A stretch of DNA of 34,741 bases, taken from positions 1-34,741 of the IMG/VR virus record IMGVR_UViG_3300020045_014497; one strand, 5' to 3'. The notes under the pieces were generated by a model, which was not told where the DNA came from, did no database searches, and was given only the letters and a program-made list of their open reading frames with translations. Below, piece by piece: positions 1 through 8,227 of this stretch. The translations under genes and the position numbers were made by a program. The DNA comes from a virus. Lineage: Duplodnaviria > Caudoviricetes. How positions within the stretch are numbered: the first letter of the stretch is position 1; each line of letters opens with the position of its first letter.

Positions 1-156
1 CGAGCAAAGTCTGACCGCGAAACTGTTCATGTTACCCCTACTGAGAGAAAACGTTTGACAAATGAGGAAAAGGCAATTCGAGCAATTATGACAGCAACGG
101 GGATGAATGAGGAAACAGCGAGAGATCAAATTGCAAAGCAAAAGAAGGTAAACTAA
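1..156 (+). CDS. Hypothetical protein, 3' end only (runs off the window)
   Basis: Frame 1 is open from base 1 (RAKSDRETVHVTPTERKRLTNEEKAIRAIM...KKVN) to TAA at 154-156. Confidence 0.7.
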   Translation, partial: RAKSDRETVHVTPTERKRLTNEEKAIRAIMTATGMNEETARDQIAKQKKVN

Positions 157-168
157 AAGATTAGTCAA

Positions 169-1824
169 ATGCACTTCACATTCTCAGAGTGTGGAGTAGA
201 TAGGATTAGAACAATGAGACTCCTCCAACATTGCACACTTTGCAACAAACCACTAGAGATACTCTCAGAATCACTCCTCAATGAAACCGAAAGATTAGTA
301 TCCTACAAGTGTGGACATACCTTTATTCTCCCCATTGAAAAAATCTCAACAGAAGTCACTTTGAGAAAGTCAATCAAAGAAGATAAAGAAGCCTACCCTT
401 TTCAAGTTGAGGGAATCCAATTTGCAGCCGCGTCAAATTTTAATTGTCTCATTGCCGATCCAATGGGTTTAGGAAAAACCATTCAAGCTTTACTTGCCTA
501 CCGAAACAATGTTGAGAAACTAGGCCCGGCCTTAATTGTTGTGAAAAGTGCAACAATTTGGCAATGGTTAGGAGAATACAAAGAATGGTGTGATCCTACA
601 CCCTTAGGTATTTTCATGATCCAAGGTTCTAAAGGAATCATCCCGCCTGGATTTAAAACCTACATAATTTCAATGGACACATTTTCCCGTTTGGTTAAGC
701 CATTATCCGACTTTACTAAAAAAACAAAAGGTCCAGAAAATTGGAATGGATTAGCTAAATTCAAAATTGAACCACAGCTAGACTCCCTCAACATTCGAAC
801 AATCATTGTCGACGAATCCCATTCTTTCAAGAATCCAGAATCAGCAAGATCTGCCGCATTAGTAGCATATGTTGATCAAAAAAAGATTCAACATAAAATC
901 TTCCTTTCTGGAACACCCATCAAAAATCGAGCCGATGAATACTTTGTACCTCTCAATCTCCTGGACCCAGAACATTTTCCATCACTAAAAAGATTCAGAA
1001 ACAATTTCCTTCTACAGAATCCTGTAACTGGAAAGTTTGATAGAGTAGCTCCGTGGGCAAAAGAAACCTTCGATACACTACTTTCAAAGTATGTAATTCG
1101 CAGAGAAAAAAACGAAGTACTTTCCCTTCCTCCATTCCGTAGAACATTTGAAACAATCTACATCGACGATGAGAACATGAAGATTGCCTACAACAAAGAA
1201 TTAGAAAAGTTACGTGAAACAACAGACTCAAAAGCAGAGGTTTCATTCTTAGATATTTCAGAACACCTAATGACTCTCCGCCGAATTACAGGAATGGCCA
1301 AAGTCTCTTTCGCATTAAATTACGTAGATACATTCCTAGACACTGTTGAGGATGAAAAGATTGCAATAGGCGTTCATCATCAGGCCGTGCGAGACTCAAT
1401 CTACTATGGATTAGAACAACGTGGATTCCTCCCATTGAAATTATCTGGCGAGGATTCAGCAGAGCGTAAGAATCAAATACTCAAGGAATTTGAGAAACCT
1501 GGTCGGCGTATCCTAGTAGTTAATATGTTAGCAGGCGGAGTAGGATTAAATATCCAATGCTGCAATAATGCTCTAATTCTTGAAAGACAGTGGAATGCGG
1601 CCGATGAGGAACAATTTGAGGGAAGATTTCATCGAAATGGACAGACCCGCCCGGTTTTAGCAGAGTACATGATTGCAAAAGACACAGTAGATGACTACTT
1701 CAGTCAAATGGTAGAACACAAGAGAAAAGTTTGTGGTGAAACCCTTGACGGATGGTCATTCACTCAAGACAGTAATGCAATTAAAGAATTAGTTCAACAG
1801 ACACTAGGGAGCAGACTAAAATGA
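169..1824 (+). CDS. SNF2-family (SF2) helicase/ATPase with an N-terminal Zn-ribbon
   Basis: Q motif YPFQ, Walker A ADPMGLGKT, DESH box, motif III LSGTP, motif V AGGVGLN, motif VI QFEGRFHRNGQ; N-terminal CxxC...CGH; start may be ATG 214. Confidence 0.95.
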   Translation: MHFTFSECGVDRIRTMRLLQHCTLCNKPLEILSESLLNETERLVSYKCGHTFILPIEKISTEVTLRKSIKEDKEAYPFQVEGIQFAAASNFNCLIADPMGLGKTIQALLAYRNNVEKLGPALIVVKSATIWQWLGEYKEWCDPTPLGIFMIQGSKGIIPPGFKTYIISMDTFSRLVKPLSDFTKKTKGPENWNGLAKFKIEPQLDSLNIRTIIVDESHSFKNPESARSAALVAYVDQKKIQHKIFLSGTPIKNRADEYFVPLNLLDPEHFPSLKRFRNNFLLQNPVTGKFDRVAPWAKETFDTLLSKYVIRREKNEVLSLPPFRRTFETIYIDDENMKIAYNKELEKLRETTDSKAEVSFLDISEHLMTLRRITGMAKVSFALNYVDTFLDTVEDEKIAIGVHHQAVRDSIYYGLEQRGFLPLKLSGEDSAERKNQILKEFEKPGRRILVVNMLAGGVGLNIQCCNNALILERQWNAADEEQFEGRFHRNGQTRPVLAEYMIAKDTVDDYFSQMVEHKRKVCGETLDGWSFTQDSNAIKELVQQTLGSRLK

Positions 1825-2075
1825 AAACAATCATGATTTGGGATGAATGTGATGGAGATATTATCTTTATGGTATTAGATGGGGACTATTCTAGATTTGA
1901 CAAAATTTACATCAATCAATACACTAAAGATGAGTCTAAAGAAGAACTGGTTGATGAGCTTTGTGATCTAATCTACGATAAAGATGGAAATAGAAAATTG
2001 AAATCCACAGATACATTCCCTGTTGAACAAATAGATCAAAACATTATAGTAATTGTTTGTGGATATCTCCCATAG
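1821..2075 (+). CDS. Hypothetical protein
   Basis: 84-aa ORF overlapping the helicase stop; GGGAG upstream. Confidence 0.75.
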   Translation: MKTIMIWDECDGDIIFMVLDGDYSRFDKIYINQYTKDESKEELVDELCDLIYDKDGNRKLKSTDTFPVEQIDQNIIVIVCGYLP

Positions 2076-2084
2076 GTAAAAAAT

Positions 2085-2279
2085 ATGACCAACTCACAAC
2101 GATTTTCAGTTCTCAATAAAAGATATGTGCAAGAGTGCCTCACTTGTGGAAACAAGGAAGATGTAGTGGAAGCTCGGCCCTGTTCTAAATGTATGGATTC
2201 TGAACATACTGTAAGAATTACAACAAGAGATAAAAGTTTTGTTCAATTATGTCATTGGAAAGGAATTGCGAATAAATGA
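2085..2279 (+). CDS. Small Zn-ribbon protein
   Basis: CLTC...CSKC pairs; AGGT upstream of ATG. Confidence 0.65.
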   Translation: MTNSQRFSVLNKRYVQECLTCGNKEDVVEARPCSKCMDSEHTVRITTRDKSFVQLCHWKGIANK

Positions 2280-2308
2280 AAATGAGCTAGAAAGGTTCGG
2301 GATAAAAA

Positions 2309-2542
2309 ATGCCAACACTAAATGAACTTTTTGAAAAAACTTGGATTATATCCTCTACAGAATACAGAGTGCTATTAGCGCGATTAGATAAGTATAAAGG
2401 ACCTAATGGGAATGAAAATATTTTATTAAATCTAATTTCACTTAAAGAGGGTCAATCTAAGATCATTGCCATACCTCAGACTTCTTTAGAAACATTATCA
2501 GAGTGTTTAAATGAAGTTATTCAAGGTTTAAAAGCACAATGA
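2309..2542 (+). CDS. Hypothetical protein
   Basis: 77-aa ORF with ATGA overlap into the next gene. Confidence 0.7.
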   Translation: MPTLNELFEKTWIISSTEYRVLLARLDKYKGPNGNENILLNLISLKEGQSKIIAIPQTSLETLSECLNEVIQGLKAQ

Positions 2543-3498
2543 ACCGAACGACCCTAGTACTTGATTCTTCACAAATTTCTACCTTCCTAGAATGCCCAAA
2601 GAAGTGGCAACTCAGCTACTCTGAGCATCTAACTTCCTCAACAGAAGTACGAGAGGAAATGATGTTAGGAACTTTTGGACATAAACTACTTGAAATCTAT
2701 TATACCAAACTTGCTTTAGGCTCCTCAGTTCAAAACGCTGTGAAAGCTGTGGCTGAGTTTGACCCAAACAAAGAAACCTGTGAGTGTAATCACTTACATA
2801 CTCAACATGATAGAGATTATTTAGCTGAGGCTGAACCATGTACAAGCTACAATTGTGGGTGTAGAGATTTCATAGGGGCAAAATACCCCCTTTCTGAAGA
2901 AAAGCAAAAAGCCGTTAGGGATAGATTTCAAGTTTATTGGATGACCTACTGTTCAAAAGACATAGAACCACTTTATCATAAAACTGAAGATGAAGTCATT
3001 CCTTTTGTCGAACAAGGATTTTCCTACGAATTAGTCAACGACGAAAATAGACTATATGTTTTAGAGGGAAGAATTGATCTCCTAGGAACAATGAACGGAC
3101 TTAAATTAGTGATGGATCACAAATTCCAGGGACGATCTTATCAACTCTACAAAAAATCAATCCAATTCAGAAACTACTCTTTAGTTGCTGATGTGCCATT
3201 AGTAATGATTAATTACATTAGAATGCACAAAGAGGTGACTAAGGACACTCTTGAGCGTGCCATTGTCTCATTTAATGAAATTGAGAAACAACAATGGAAG
3301 CAACGTCTCATTTCGATCTATGATAGGATCGCCGCCCAGATTTCAGAAGGTCCAGAAATGAATCCTTCGGCATGTGCTGGGAAGTTTGGTTCTTTCTGTG
3401 AGTTCATTAAAATCTGTGAGGAGCCTAATGAATTTGTGCAGATTGCAATGAAGGAACAACACTACCATAAGAAAGTTGAGTGGAAGCCATGGGACTGA
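2539..3498 (+). CDS. PD-(D/E)XK exonuclease, Cas4/AddB-like (probable 4Fe-4S)
   Basis: N-terminal SQISTFLECP and GTFGH; core EQGF...GRIDLL...VMDHK; C-terminal C-x7-C-x5-C completing the four-Cys staple. Confidence 0.9.
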   Translation: MNRTTLVLDSSQISTFLECPKKWQLSYSEHLTSSTEVREEMMLGTFGHKLLEIYYTKLALGSSVQNAVKAVAEFDPNKETCECNHLHTQHDRDYLAEAEPCTSYNCGCRDFIGAKYPLSEEKQKAVRDRFQVYWMTYCSKDIEPLYHKTEDEVIPFVEQGFSYELVNDENRLYVLEGRIDLLGTMNGLKLVMDHKFQGRSYQLYKKSIQFRNYSLVADVPLVMINYIRMHKEVTKDTLERAIVSFNEIEKQQWKQRLISIYDRIAAQISEGPEMNPSACAGKFGSFCEFIKICEEPNEFVQIAMKEQHYHKKVEWKPWD

Positions 3499-3641
3499 CT
3501 ATTGAAGATCTTAAAGTTTTAGCAACAGTTGCAATCAATAATGGAACTGAAAAACAATGTATTAAAATTCTTCTTGATTGTTTGGAACAAGCTCAGGAGA
3601 AGCTCCAAAAATTTGAGGAGGATGAAAAATGCCAGCCCTAA
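3489..3641 (+). CDS. Small hypothetical protein (50 aa, not in the ORF track)
   Basis: ATG 3489 MGLTIEDLKVLATVAINNG...EKCQP TAA 3641; fills the gap and overlaps both neighbours. Confidence 0.6.
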   Translation: MGLTIEDLKVLATVAINNGTEKQCIKILLDCLEQAQEKLQKFEEDEKCQP

Positions 3642-3925
3642 ATCATACACACACCTATGAAAGAATGAGGGACAAGAAATACTACCGATGTACAGATCCT
3701 CATTGTTCTCATACACAAAAAAGGGATCTCCTAGAAAAGAAAGCCTGTCTTTGCAATAAATGTAAAGAAGAATTTGTCCTCACTTGGGATGATCTCAGAA
3801 GAGCTAAGCCAATCTGTATGAATTGCTCAAATACTGAGAAAGCCCGCCAGCTTCGCAAAGTGCGAGAAACGGTGGGGAATGCAATTGGAGATTTGTTCAA
3901 GGTTGAGGAGACGATGAAAGGATAA
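3629..3925 (+). CDS. Cys/His-rich Zn-binding hypothetical protein
   Basis: HxH...C-x4-C-x-H, CNKC and CMNC motifs; GAGGAGG RBS. Confidence 0.75.
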   Translation: MPALNHTHTYERMRDKKYYRCTDPHCSHTQKRDLLEKKACLCNKCKEEFVLTWDDLRRAKPICMNCSNTEKARQLRKVRETVGNAIGDLFKVEETMKG

Positions 3926-3930
3926 AATCT

Positions 3931-4183
3931 ATGTCAATGGAAGACAATACAACATTTGAAGAAAATGGAAAAATGATAGTACCTTGGGATATTCCAGGTA
4001 AATTTAAACTAAGACTACTTACAATTGAAGATTATAAGTAGTCTTCCAATTGGGACTGAAGTTGGTTGCATTGATGGAACAATTAAGGTTAAAACACAAA
4101 AATCTAATATTCCAACTGACCAAAATTACATTGATTTAGACACTCGATTTGATCGGATTGCTTATGGTTTAATTGAAAGATAG
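3931..4183 (+). pseudogene. Frameshifted small phage gene (two halves offset by +1)
   Basis: ATG 3931 MSMED...VPWD...LLTIEDYK stops at TAG 4039-4041; the +1 frame continues SLPIGTEVGCIDG...YIDLDTRFDRIAYGLIER to TAG 4183. The joined product resembles a small phage family I recall (W...LLTxEE..LP.G....CI.G...ID.DTR...AYG). Confidence 0.6.
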
Positions 4184-4382
4184 AGAAAGAGAAAACATGA
4201 AAATCTACATCTGCGGAGAAAATAGTTTAAGGGTTGAAAGAGCAATTCTTAACAACCTCATTCATAAGAAGACACAGAAGGAATCTGAGGAAAGACTCGA
4301 AGAATTAATCCGAGAAGGAATACTTAGTATGTCTGCAGAAGTCTATGAAGTAGAGATTGAGGTAAGGGAGGTAGGGAAATGA
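4173..4382 (+). CDS. Hypothetical protein (likely start ATG 4197)
   Basis: ORF ends with an ATGA overlap into the next gene. Confidence 0.65.
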   Translation: MKDRERENMKIYICGENSLRVERAILNNLIHKKTQKESEERLEELIREGILSMSAEVYEVEIEVREVGK

Positions 4383-5089
4383 CAATTACTAAAGAACAGG
4401 TAAAGAAGCTTGATAGTATTATTTCTAAAGGACTTTGCTCTGGATTACAAGATAATGGATTTGTCTGTATTGCAGCAGCTATTGCGTTAGCTGTGGACGG
4501 AGTATTAACGGATGAATCCAGTTGTGTTTCATTAGCTGTGAGAAATTTTTCAATAAACTTAAATGATAAAGATTGGAAATCTCCTGAGAGTCGCGCACAA
4601 GGATTAAAAAATTTGGGGATTGCTCAATTAGGCTCAAAGGGAATAGTCAACGATATTGTGTTTATAGAAAAGCTATCTACAAAGATTATTCAAATATTAA
4701 TTGTAGATTTATTTCGGAAATTAAATCCAAATCAGTTTACTGATCTTGTTGAGCTTTGTGAGAAAGTTCCAACTTATATAAATTGTAGAAAACTTGCTAA
4801 TGTTGCTAATGCGTATGCTACTGCTAATGCTGATGCTGCTACTTATGCTGCTGATACTGATGCTGCTGCTAATGTTGTTAATGCGTATGCTGCTGCTTAT
4901 GCTGCTGCTAATGCTGCTGATGCTGCTAATGCTGATGCTACTAATGCTGATGCTGCTGCTTATGCTGCTAATGCTGCTGCTAATGCTACTGATGCTGCTA
5001 ATTCTTCAGACAAATATCTAAAACTAGTAGCAGACCTTGCCGTAGAAGTATTAAAAGAAATGAACTCTCCAGGATGTGCTTTCCTCTAA
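4379..5089 (+). CDS. Phage hypothetical protein with an Ala/Asn/Asp/Tyr low-complexity tract
   Basis: Globular N-part (GLCSG...CIAAAI...CV...LND..W.S..RA.GL..L.IAQLGS), a ~69-aa AAAYAA-type tract and a short C-terminal helix; GGGAGGTAGGG RBS. Confidence 0.85.
   Translation: MTITKEQVKKLDSIISKGLCSGLQDNGFVCIAAAIALAVDGVLTDESSCVSLAVRNFSINLNDKDWKSPESRAQGLKNLGIAQLGSKGIVNDIVFIEKLSTKIIQILIVDLFRKLNPNQFTDLVELCEKVPTYINCRKLANVANAYATANADAATYAADTDAAANVVNAYAAAYAAANAADAANADATNADAAAYAANAAANATDAANSSDKYLKLVADLAVEVLKEMNSPGCAFL
4796..5002 (+). repeat. Degenerate GCT-based trinucleotide repeat tract inside a CDS
   Basis: 69 codons drawn from GCT/AAT/GAT/TAT/ACT/GTT plus two GCG; internal duplication gctaatgttg(c/t)taatgcgtatgct. 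Confidence 0.9.
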
Positions 5090-5460
5090 AGGTATTAAAA
5101 CAAATGACATTTCAACATACTGTCTGGCAATGGTTTCTAAACGTATTCCCTCAAAAGAAATATAAACGCGTAAAGGTGAGGAATCAGATATTTCTTGAAG
5201 AAGCTCTAGAACTAGTGCAATCTACCGGATTCAAAAAGAAAGATTGCTATAAATTGATTGAGTATGTTTATAGTAGACCAAAGGGTAGACCATACCAAGA
5301 AGTAGGCGGAGTTCTAGTTACATTAGCAACGCTGTGTGAAATATGTGGGATTAATATGACAAGGTGTGGTGAGGTAGAATTAGAGAGAATCTCATCCCTT
5401 GAAGTCATTGAAAAAATAAGATCAAAGCAGAAAGAGAAAAATGATGCCCTCCGCAGCTAG
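5074..5460 (+). CDS. MazG-like all-alpha NTP pyrophosphohydrolase-fold protein (likely start ATG 5104)
   Basis: FLEEALELVQ (EExxE) followed by QEVGGVLVTL (ExxD with D replaced by G). Confidence 0.7.
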   Translation: MCFPLKVLKQMTFQHTVWQWFLNVFPQKKYKRVKVRNQIFLEEALELVQSTGFKKKDCYKLIEYVYSRPKGRPYQEVGGVLVTLATLCEICGINMTRCGEVELERISSLEVIEKIRSKQKEKNDALRS

Positions 5461-6238
5461 CCTAACTCCAGAAAGTCGCTTCATTGCCCTATTTGTGGGC
5501 TCTAAACATAGTGGGAAAACAGTGGCAGCGGCCTCATTTCCAAAACCTGCAGAATTTCTGGACTTCGATCAAAGAATCCGAGGAATCCTAGGCGCAGAGT
5601 GGATTGAAAGAGACAAGATTTATTATGAAACATTTCCTCCCAAAGAACAAGGTATGATTGCAAGATTTAATAAACATCTTGAAACAATGATTGCACTTGC
5701 TTCTGCACGACAATTACCTCAACAAACTGAGGTTTTAGATTCTCTCACTTCAATGAATCATGCAATGATTTCACAAGCAATGAGTTTTACACATAAACCA
5801 TCAGGGTCTAAGGATGGACCTAAGAGTGGAAAGTATATCGGACCTCTTGCAATGTCAGGTCCTGAAGATTATGGATTTGAAGCACAAGCAACTTATGATA
5901 CATTATCATACTTGAGGAGTGTTCCAATCCCCAATGTAATTGTAACAGCCCACATTATTGATAGATACGGAAAACTAGATCCTGATAATGCTTTTAGTGA
6001 AAGTGTCATTATTGGACAGAAACTCTCATTGAGGGATAAGATCGCTGCAAATATTGGAATCTACTTTGACCATATCTTTAAGTTTGATAGAAGAATGGAA
6101 AACGGTATTGAGAAATTCTATGTTCGATTTAGAGATTCAATTGCCTGCACTAGTTATTCTCAGTTGGACGAACGTGAGCACGATATTACTGGGAAGAATT
6201 TCTATGAGTATATGATGGGACTGATCAGGAAGACTTAA
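5441..6238 (+). CDS. Sak4-like / AAA_24 RecA-fold single-strand annealing ATPase
   Basis: Walker A GSKHSGKT, LDFD, Walker B VLDSLT, VIVTAH; lies directly before an SSB-like gene. Confidence 0.85.
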   Translation: MMPSAASLTPESRFIALFVGSKHSGKTVAAASFPKPAEFLDFDQRIRGILGAEWIERDKIYYETFPPKEQGMIARFNKHLETMIALASARQLPQQTEVLDSLTSMNHAMISQAMSFTHKPSGSKDGPKSGKYIGPLAMSGPEDYGFEAQATYDTLSYLRSVPIPNVIVTAHIIDRYGKLDPDNAFSESVIIGQKLSLRDKIAANIGIYFDHIFKFDRRMENGIEKFYVRFRDSIACTSYSQLDEREHDITGKNFYEYMMGLIRKT

Positions 6239-6245
6239 GTTCCTT

Positions 6246-6313
6246 TGCCTCAAACCGAGTGTTGAGGTACCTATCAACCAACAAACTAATCAACAAAAAG
6301 GACTAACAAACAA
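6246..6313 (+). promoter_or_regulatory. Hairpin plus an unstructured A/C-rich leader of the ssb-like gene
   Basis: Stem TGCCTCAAAC(6246-6255)/GTGTTGAGGTA(6259-6269), then 43 nt whose only G residues are in the AAGGA RBS. Confidence 0.45.
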
Positions 6314-6703
6314 ATGCCAGTAATTAATCTAACACTTGGTGACATCAGCCGTAGCAAGGTTCTTGAAACCAATTGGTACAAAGCTACAATTAAGAAGATT
6401 CATCCTGCCGAAGCATCAAAAGATGGATCTTCTGTTAACTTCAAGATTACTTTCCTTATCGACAACAAAATTGCAGAAGGTAAGGAGATTGATCGTTATT
6501 ACAATTCTAAGGCTATTGGAATGATTACACCACTTCTCGAAGCCTGTGGACTGAAAGTTGAACCCGGTGCAATTGATCTAGATCCTCTTGAAGGAAAACA
6601 ATTGGATGTAAAAGTAGGAACTAAGACTTTTGAGGGACAGCTCTCAAATGAAATTACTGAGTTTCTACCTCTGGGAAAAGGGACATCCGGGCCGGGTTTC
6701 TAA
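6314..6703 (+). CDS. DUF669-like phage ssDNA-binding protein (OB fold)
   Basis: 129 aa with pattern L...WY.A.I...SK.G...F...G...LEGK...V.V....GQ.SNEI..F; Sak4-SSB synteny. Confidence 0.75.
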   Translation: MPVINLTLGDISRSKVLETNWYKATIKKIHPAEASKDGSSVNFKITFLIDNKIAEGKEIDRYYNSKAIGMITPLLEACGLKVEPGAIDLDPLEGKQLDVKVGTKTFEGQLSNEITEFLPLGKGTSGPGF

Positions 6704-6711
6704 ATAGGTGA

Positions 6712-6880
6712 TTTTCTGGAATCCCTCGAATGTACAAATAAGGGGGCCAAAAAAAGACAGTGTATGAAGTCTCGTAATAAACTTCTAGGGTACTATTAAC
6801 CAAGGATTAGAGTTAATGGCTACCTAATCTAACGCTCAGAAATCCCAACGCCTGCGGGTTACAAAGGCGGTTCCAGGAAA
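6712..6880 (+). ncRNA. Candidate structured RNA (closing helix plus four internal hairpins)
   Basis: 6712-6723 TTTTCTGGAATC pairs with 6869-6880 GGTTCCAGGAAA (12 bp, 2 G-U on +); inner stems CCCT/AGGG, GAAGT/ACTTC, TAGGGTACTATTAAC/GTTAATGGCTACCTA, CGCCT/AGGCG; largest intergenic gap in the window. Confidence 0.55.
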
Positions 6881-6890
6881 ACTAAAAACT

Positions 6891-7136
6891 ATGAAACTAT
6901 TTCTATTCACCACCCTAACTGCTTTTGTCCTATTCTCAGGCTCTTATTATCTTGCTGAAAAGATAATAATTCAGAGTTTAGATAATCCATCTCAAATCAA
7001 AACCTTAGAGGATAAGAACAAAGCTTTACTTGAAGCAGCAAAGAAAGACAAAGAAGTAATCGAATATTACCAATCAGTTCTTAGTCAAAAGAAATGTTTA
7101 GATATTTGGGTTCCATTGGGAAGGAAAGAAAAATGA
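6891..7136 (+). CDS. Membrane-anchored coiled-coil protein
   Basis: N-terminal hydrophobic helix (LFLFTTLTAFVLFSGSYYL) then a heptad-like segment. Confidence 0.7.
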   Translation: MKLFLFTTLTAFVLFSGSYYLAEKIIIQSLDNPSQIKTLEDKNKALLEAAKKDKEVIEYYQSVLSQKKCLDIWVPLGRKEK

Positions 7137-7381
7137 TTCAAATACCTGATGTAGATCTAGAAACAACAACAGAACTTCCAAAATATCTCATTCTAGATGA
7201 AATTGCAGAATCTACTATGCTCCTACACATGGAGGATATGTTCTGTGAAACAATCAAACAAAGGTACAAATTACTTTATTTAGTTAAAATAGAAGATAAA
7301 TGGCAGGCCAGGTTTATTAAAAGAATTAATCCAATAAAGGAACTAAAGAATGCCAGAAAAAGTAGATCAACAGAAGTTTGA
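7094..7381 (+). CDS. Hypothetical protein (likely start ATG 7133)
   Basis: ORF overlapping both neighbours; GGAAGGA upstream of 7133. Confidence 0.65.
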   Translation: MFRYLGSIGKERKMIQIPDVDLETTTELPKYLILDEIAESTMLLHMEDMFCETIKQRYKLLYLVKIEDKWQARFIKRINPIKELKNARKSRSTEV

Positions 7382-7784
7382 CTCACCCTGGTTATATATC
7401 CAAACAACAGGAGAACTCTATCGCCCAGACGGTTCTCTTTGTGGAATAGGATATTCAGGAAAAGATGGAGCAATTGAAGGAAATGGGAAGAATAATCCTA
7501 ACCTTCAACATGTGAGAAATGTAGGACCAATCCCCCAAGGATTCTACATGTTCTCAAACCCTATTGATCATCCAAAATTAGGGGCTTGTGCTATTTACCT
7601 AGATAACACGCCTTTCATACAAAATATTTTCGGGCGGGGAGCCTTTTATATGCATGGGGATAATAGAGATCACACAGCTTCTCTAGGATGTATTATTATG
7701 CCAATAAAAGTTAGAAAGGAAGTTGCTACTCAAGTTGGAAAGTATTTAAGAGTGATTAGGGATCTTGTAGGGAAGGTGTCATAA
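7350..7784 (+). CDS. Tlde1/DUF2778-like L,D-transpeptidase-fold peptidoglycan enzyme
   Basis: GYSG...NNP...GPIPQGFY...GRGAFYMHG...ASLGCI, with catalytic His and SxGC Cys. Confidence 0.88.
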   Translation: MPEKVDQQKFDSPWLYIQTTGELYRPDGSLCGIGYSGKDGAIEGNGKNNPNLQHVRNVGPIPQGFYMFSNPIDHPKLGACAIYLDNTPFIQNIFGRGAFYMHGDNRDHTASLGCIIMPIKVRKEVATQVGKYLRVIRDLVGKVS

Positions 7785-7945
7785 TGAAACCAAAATATTA
7801 TTTAGGTGACGCAGTATATGCTGAACTTCAGAATAGTAATTTAGTTTTAACAACAGAAAATGGTATTCATGTTACAAACATTATTATTTTAGAACCTGAA
7901 ATTGTTGAGGCATTATTTAATTACCTAGGAGCGTCAAGTAGATGA
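7784..7945 (+). CDS. Small phage hypothetical protein (53 aa, not in the ORF track)
   Basis: TAATG overlap with the previous stop; MKPKYYLGDAVYAE...LTTENG...TN.I.LEPE. Confidence 0.75.
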   Translation: MKPKYYLGDAVYAELQNSNLVLTTENGIHVTNIIILEPEIVEALFNYLGASSR

Positions 7946-8016
7946 TGAGCATTCTATTATTTCTCCTTGCCTTTGTGTTTCTTTGGGTAATAATCTACTG
8001 GGTGTTTAAGGAATAA
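7942..8016 (+). CDS. 24-aa single-TM microprotein
   Basis: MMSILLFLLAFVFLWVIIYWVFKE; AGGAG at 7927-7931; ATGA overlap with the upstream stop. Confidence 0.55.
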   Translation: MMSILLFLLAFVFLWVIIYWVFKE

Positions 8017-8020
8017 AAAT

Positions 8021-8224
8021 ATGAATAATCCCACAGTAATTATGTTACGTCCTGAACAAATTCTAACAGCATTAGAATGTTATCTTAGAGACCATAAAAA
8101 AATCAATAAATATGAAAAGATCTCTTCAATCCATTTAGATATGAGCCCACTTGGAATCATAGATGGAATCATTATTTTAGTTGGAGATAAAGAAAAAGAA
8201 TTAGCCTCAGTTCTAAAGGAATAG
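8021..8224 (+). CDS. Hypothetical protein
   Basis: 67-aa ORF with AAGGA RBS. Confidence 0.65.
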   Translation: MNNPTVIMLRPEQILTALECYLRDHKKINKYEKISSIHLDMSPLGIIDGIIILVGDKEKELASVLKE

Positions 8225-8227
8225 AGA

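Noticed and set aside
2539-3498. Cas4-like gene as a sign of a CRISPR-Cas system
   Set aside because: No repeat-spacer array or other cas genes; solo Cas4-like nucleases with Sak4 and SSB are normal phage recombination genes
4794-5021. 75-aa Met/Leu-only ORF
   Set aside because: Alternate-frame shadow of the GCT/AAT/GAT repeat within 4379..5089
6704-6890. tRNA, tmRNA or hammerhead ribozyme in the intergenic gap
   Set aside because: No T-loop GTTCRA within a cloverleaf, no CCA-type acceptor end and no CUGANGA/GAAA core; kept only as an unassigned structured element
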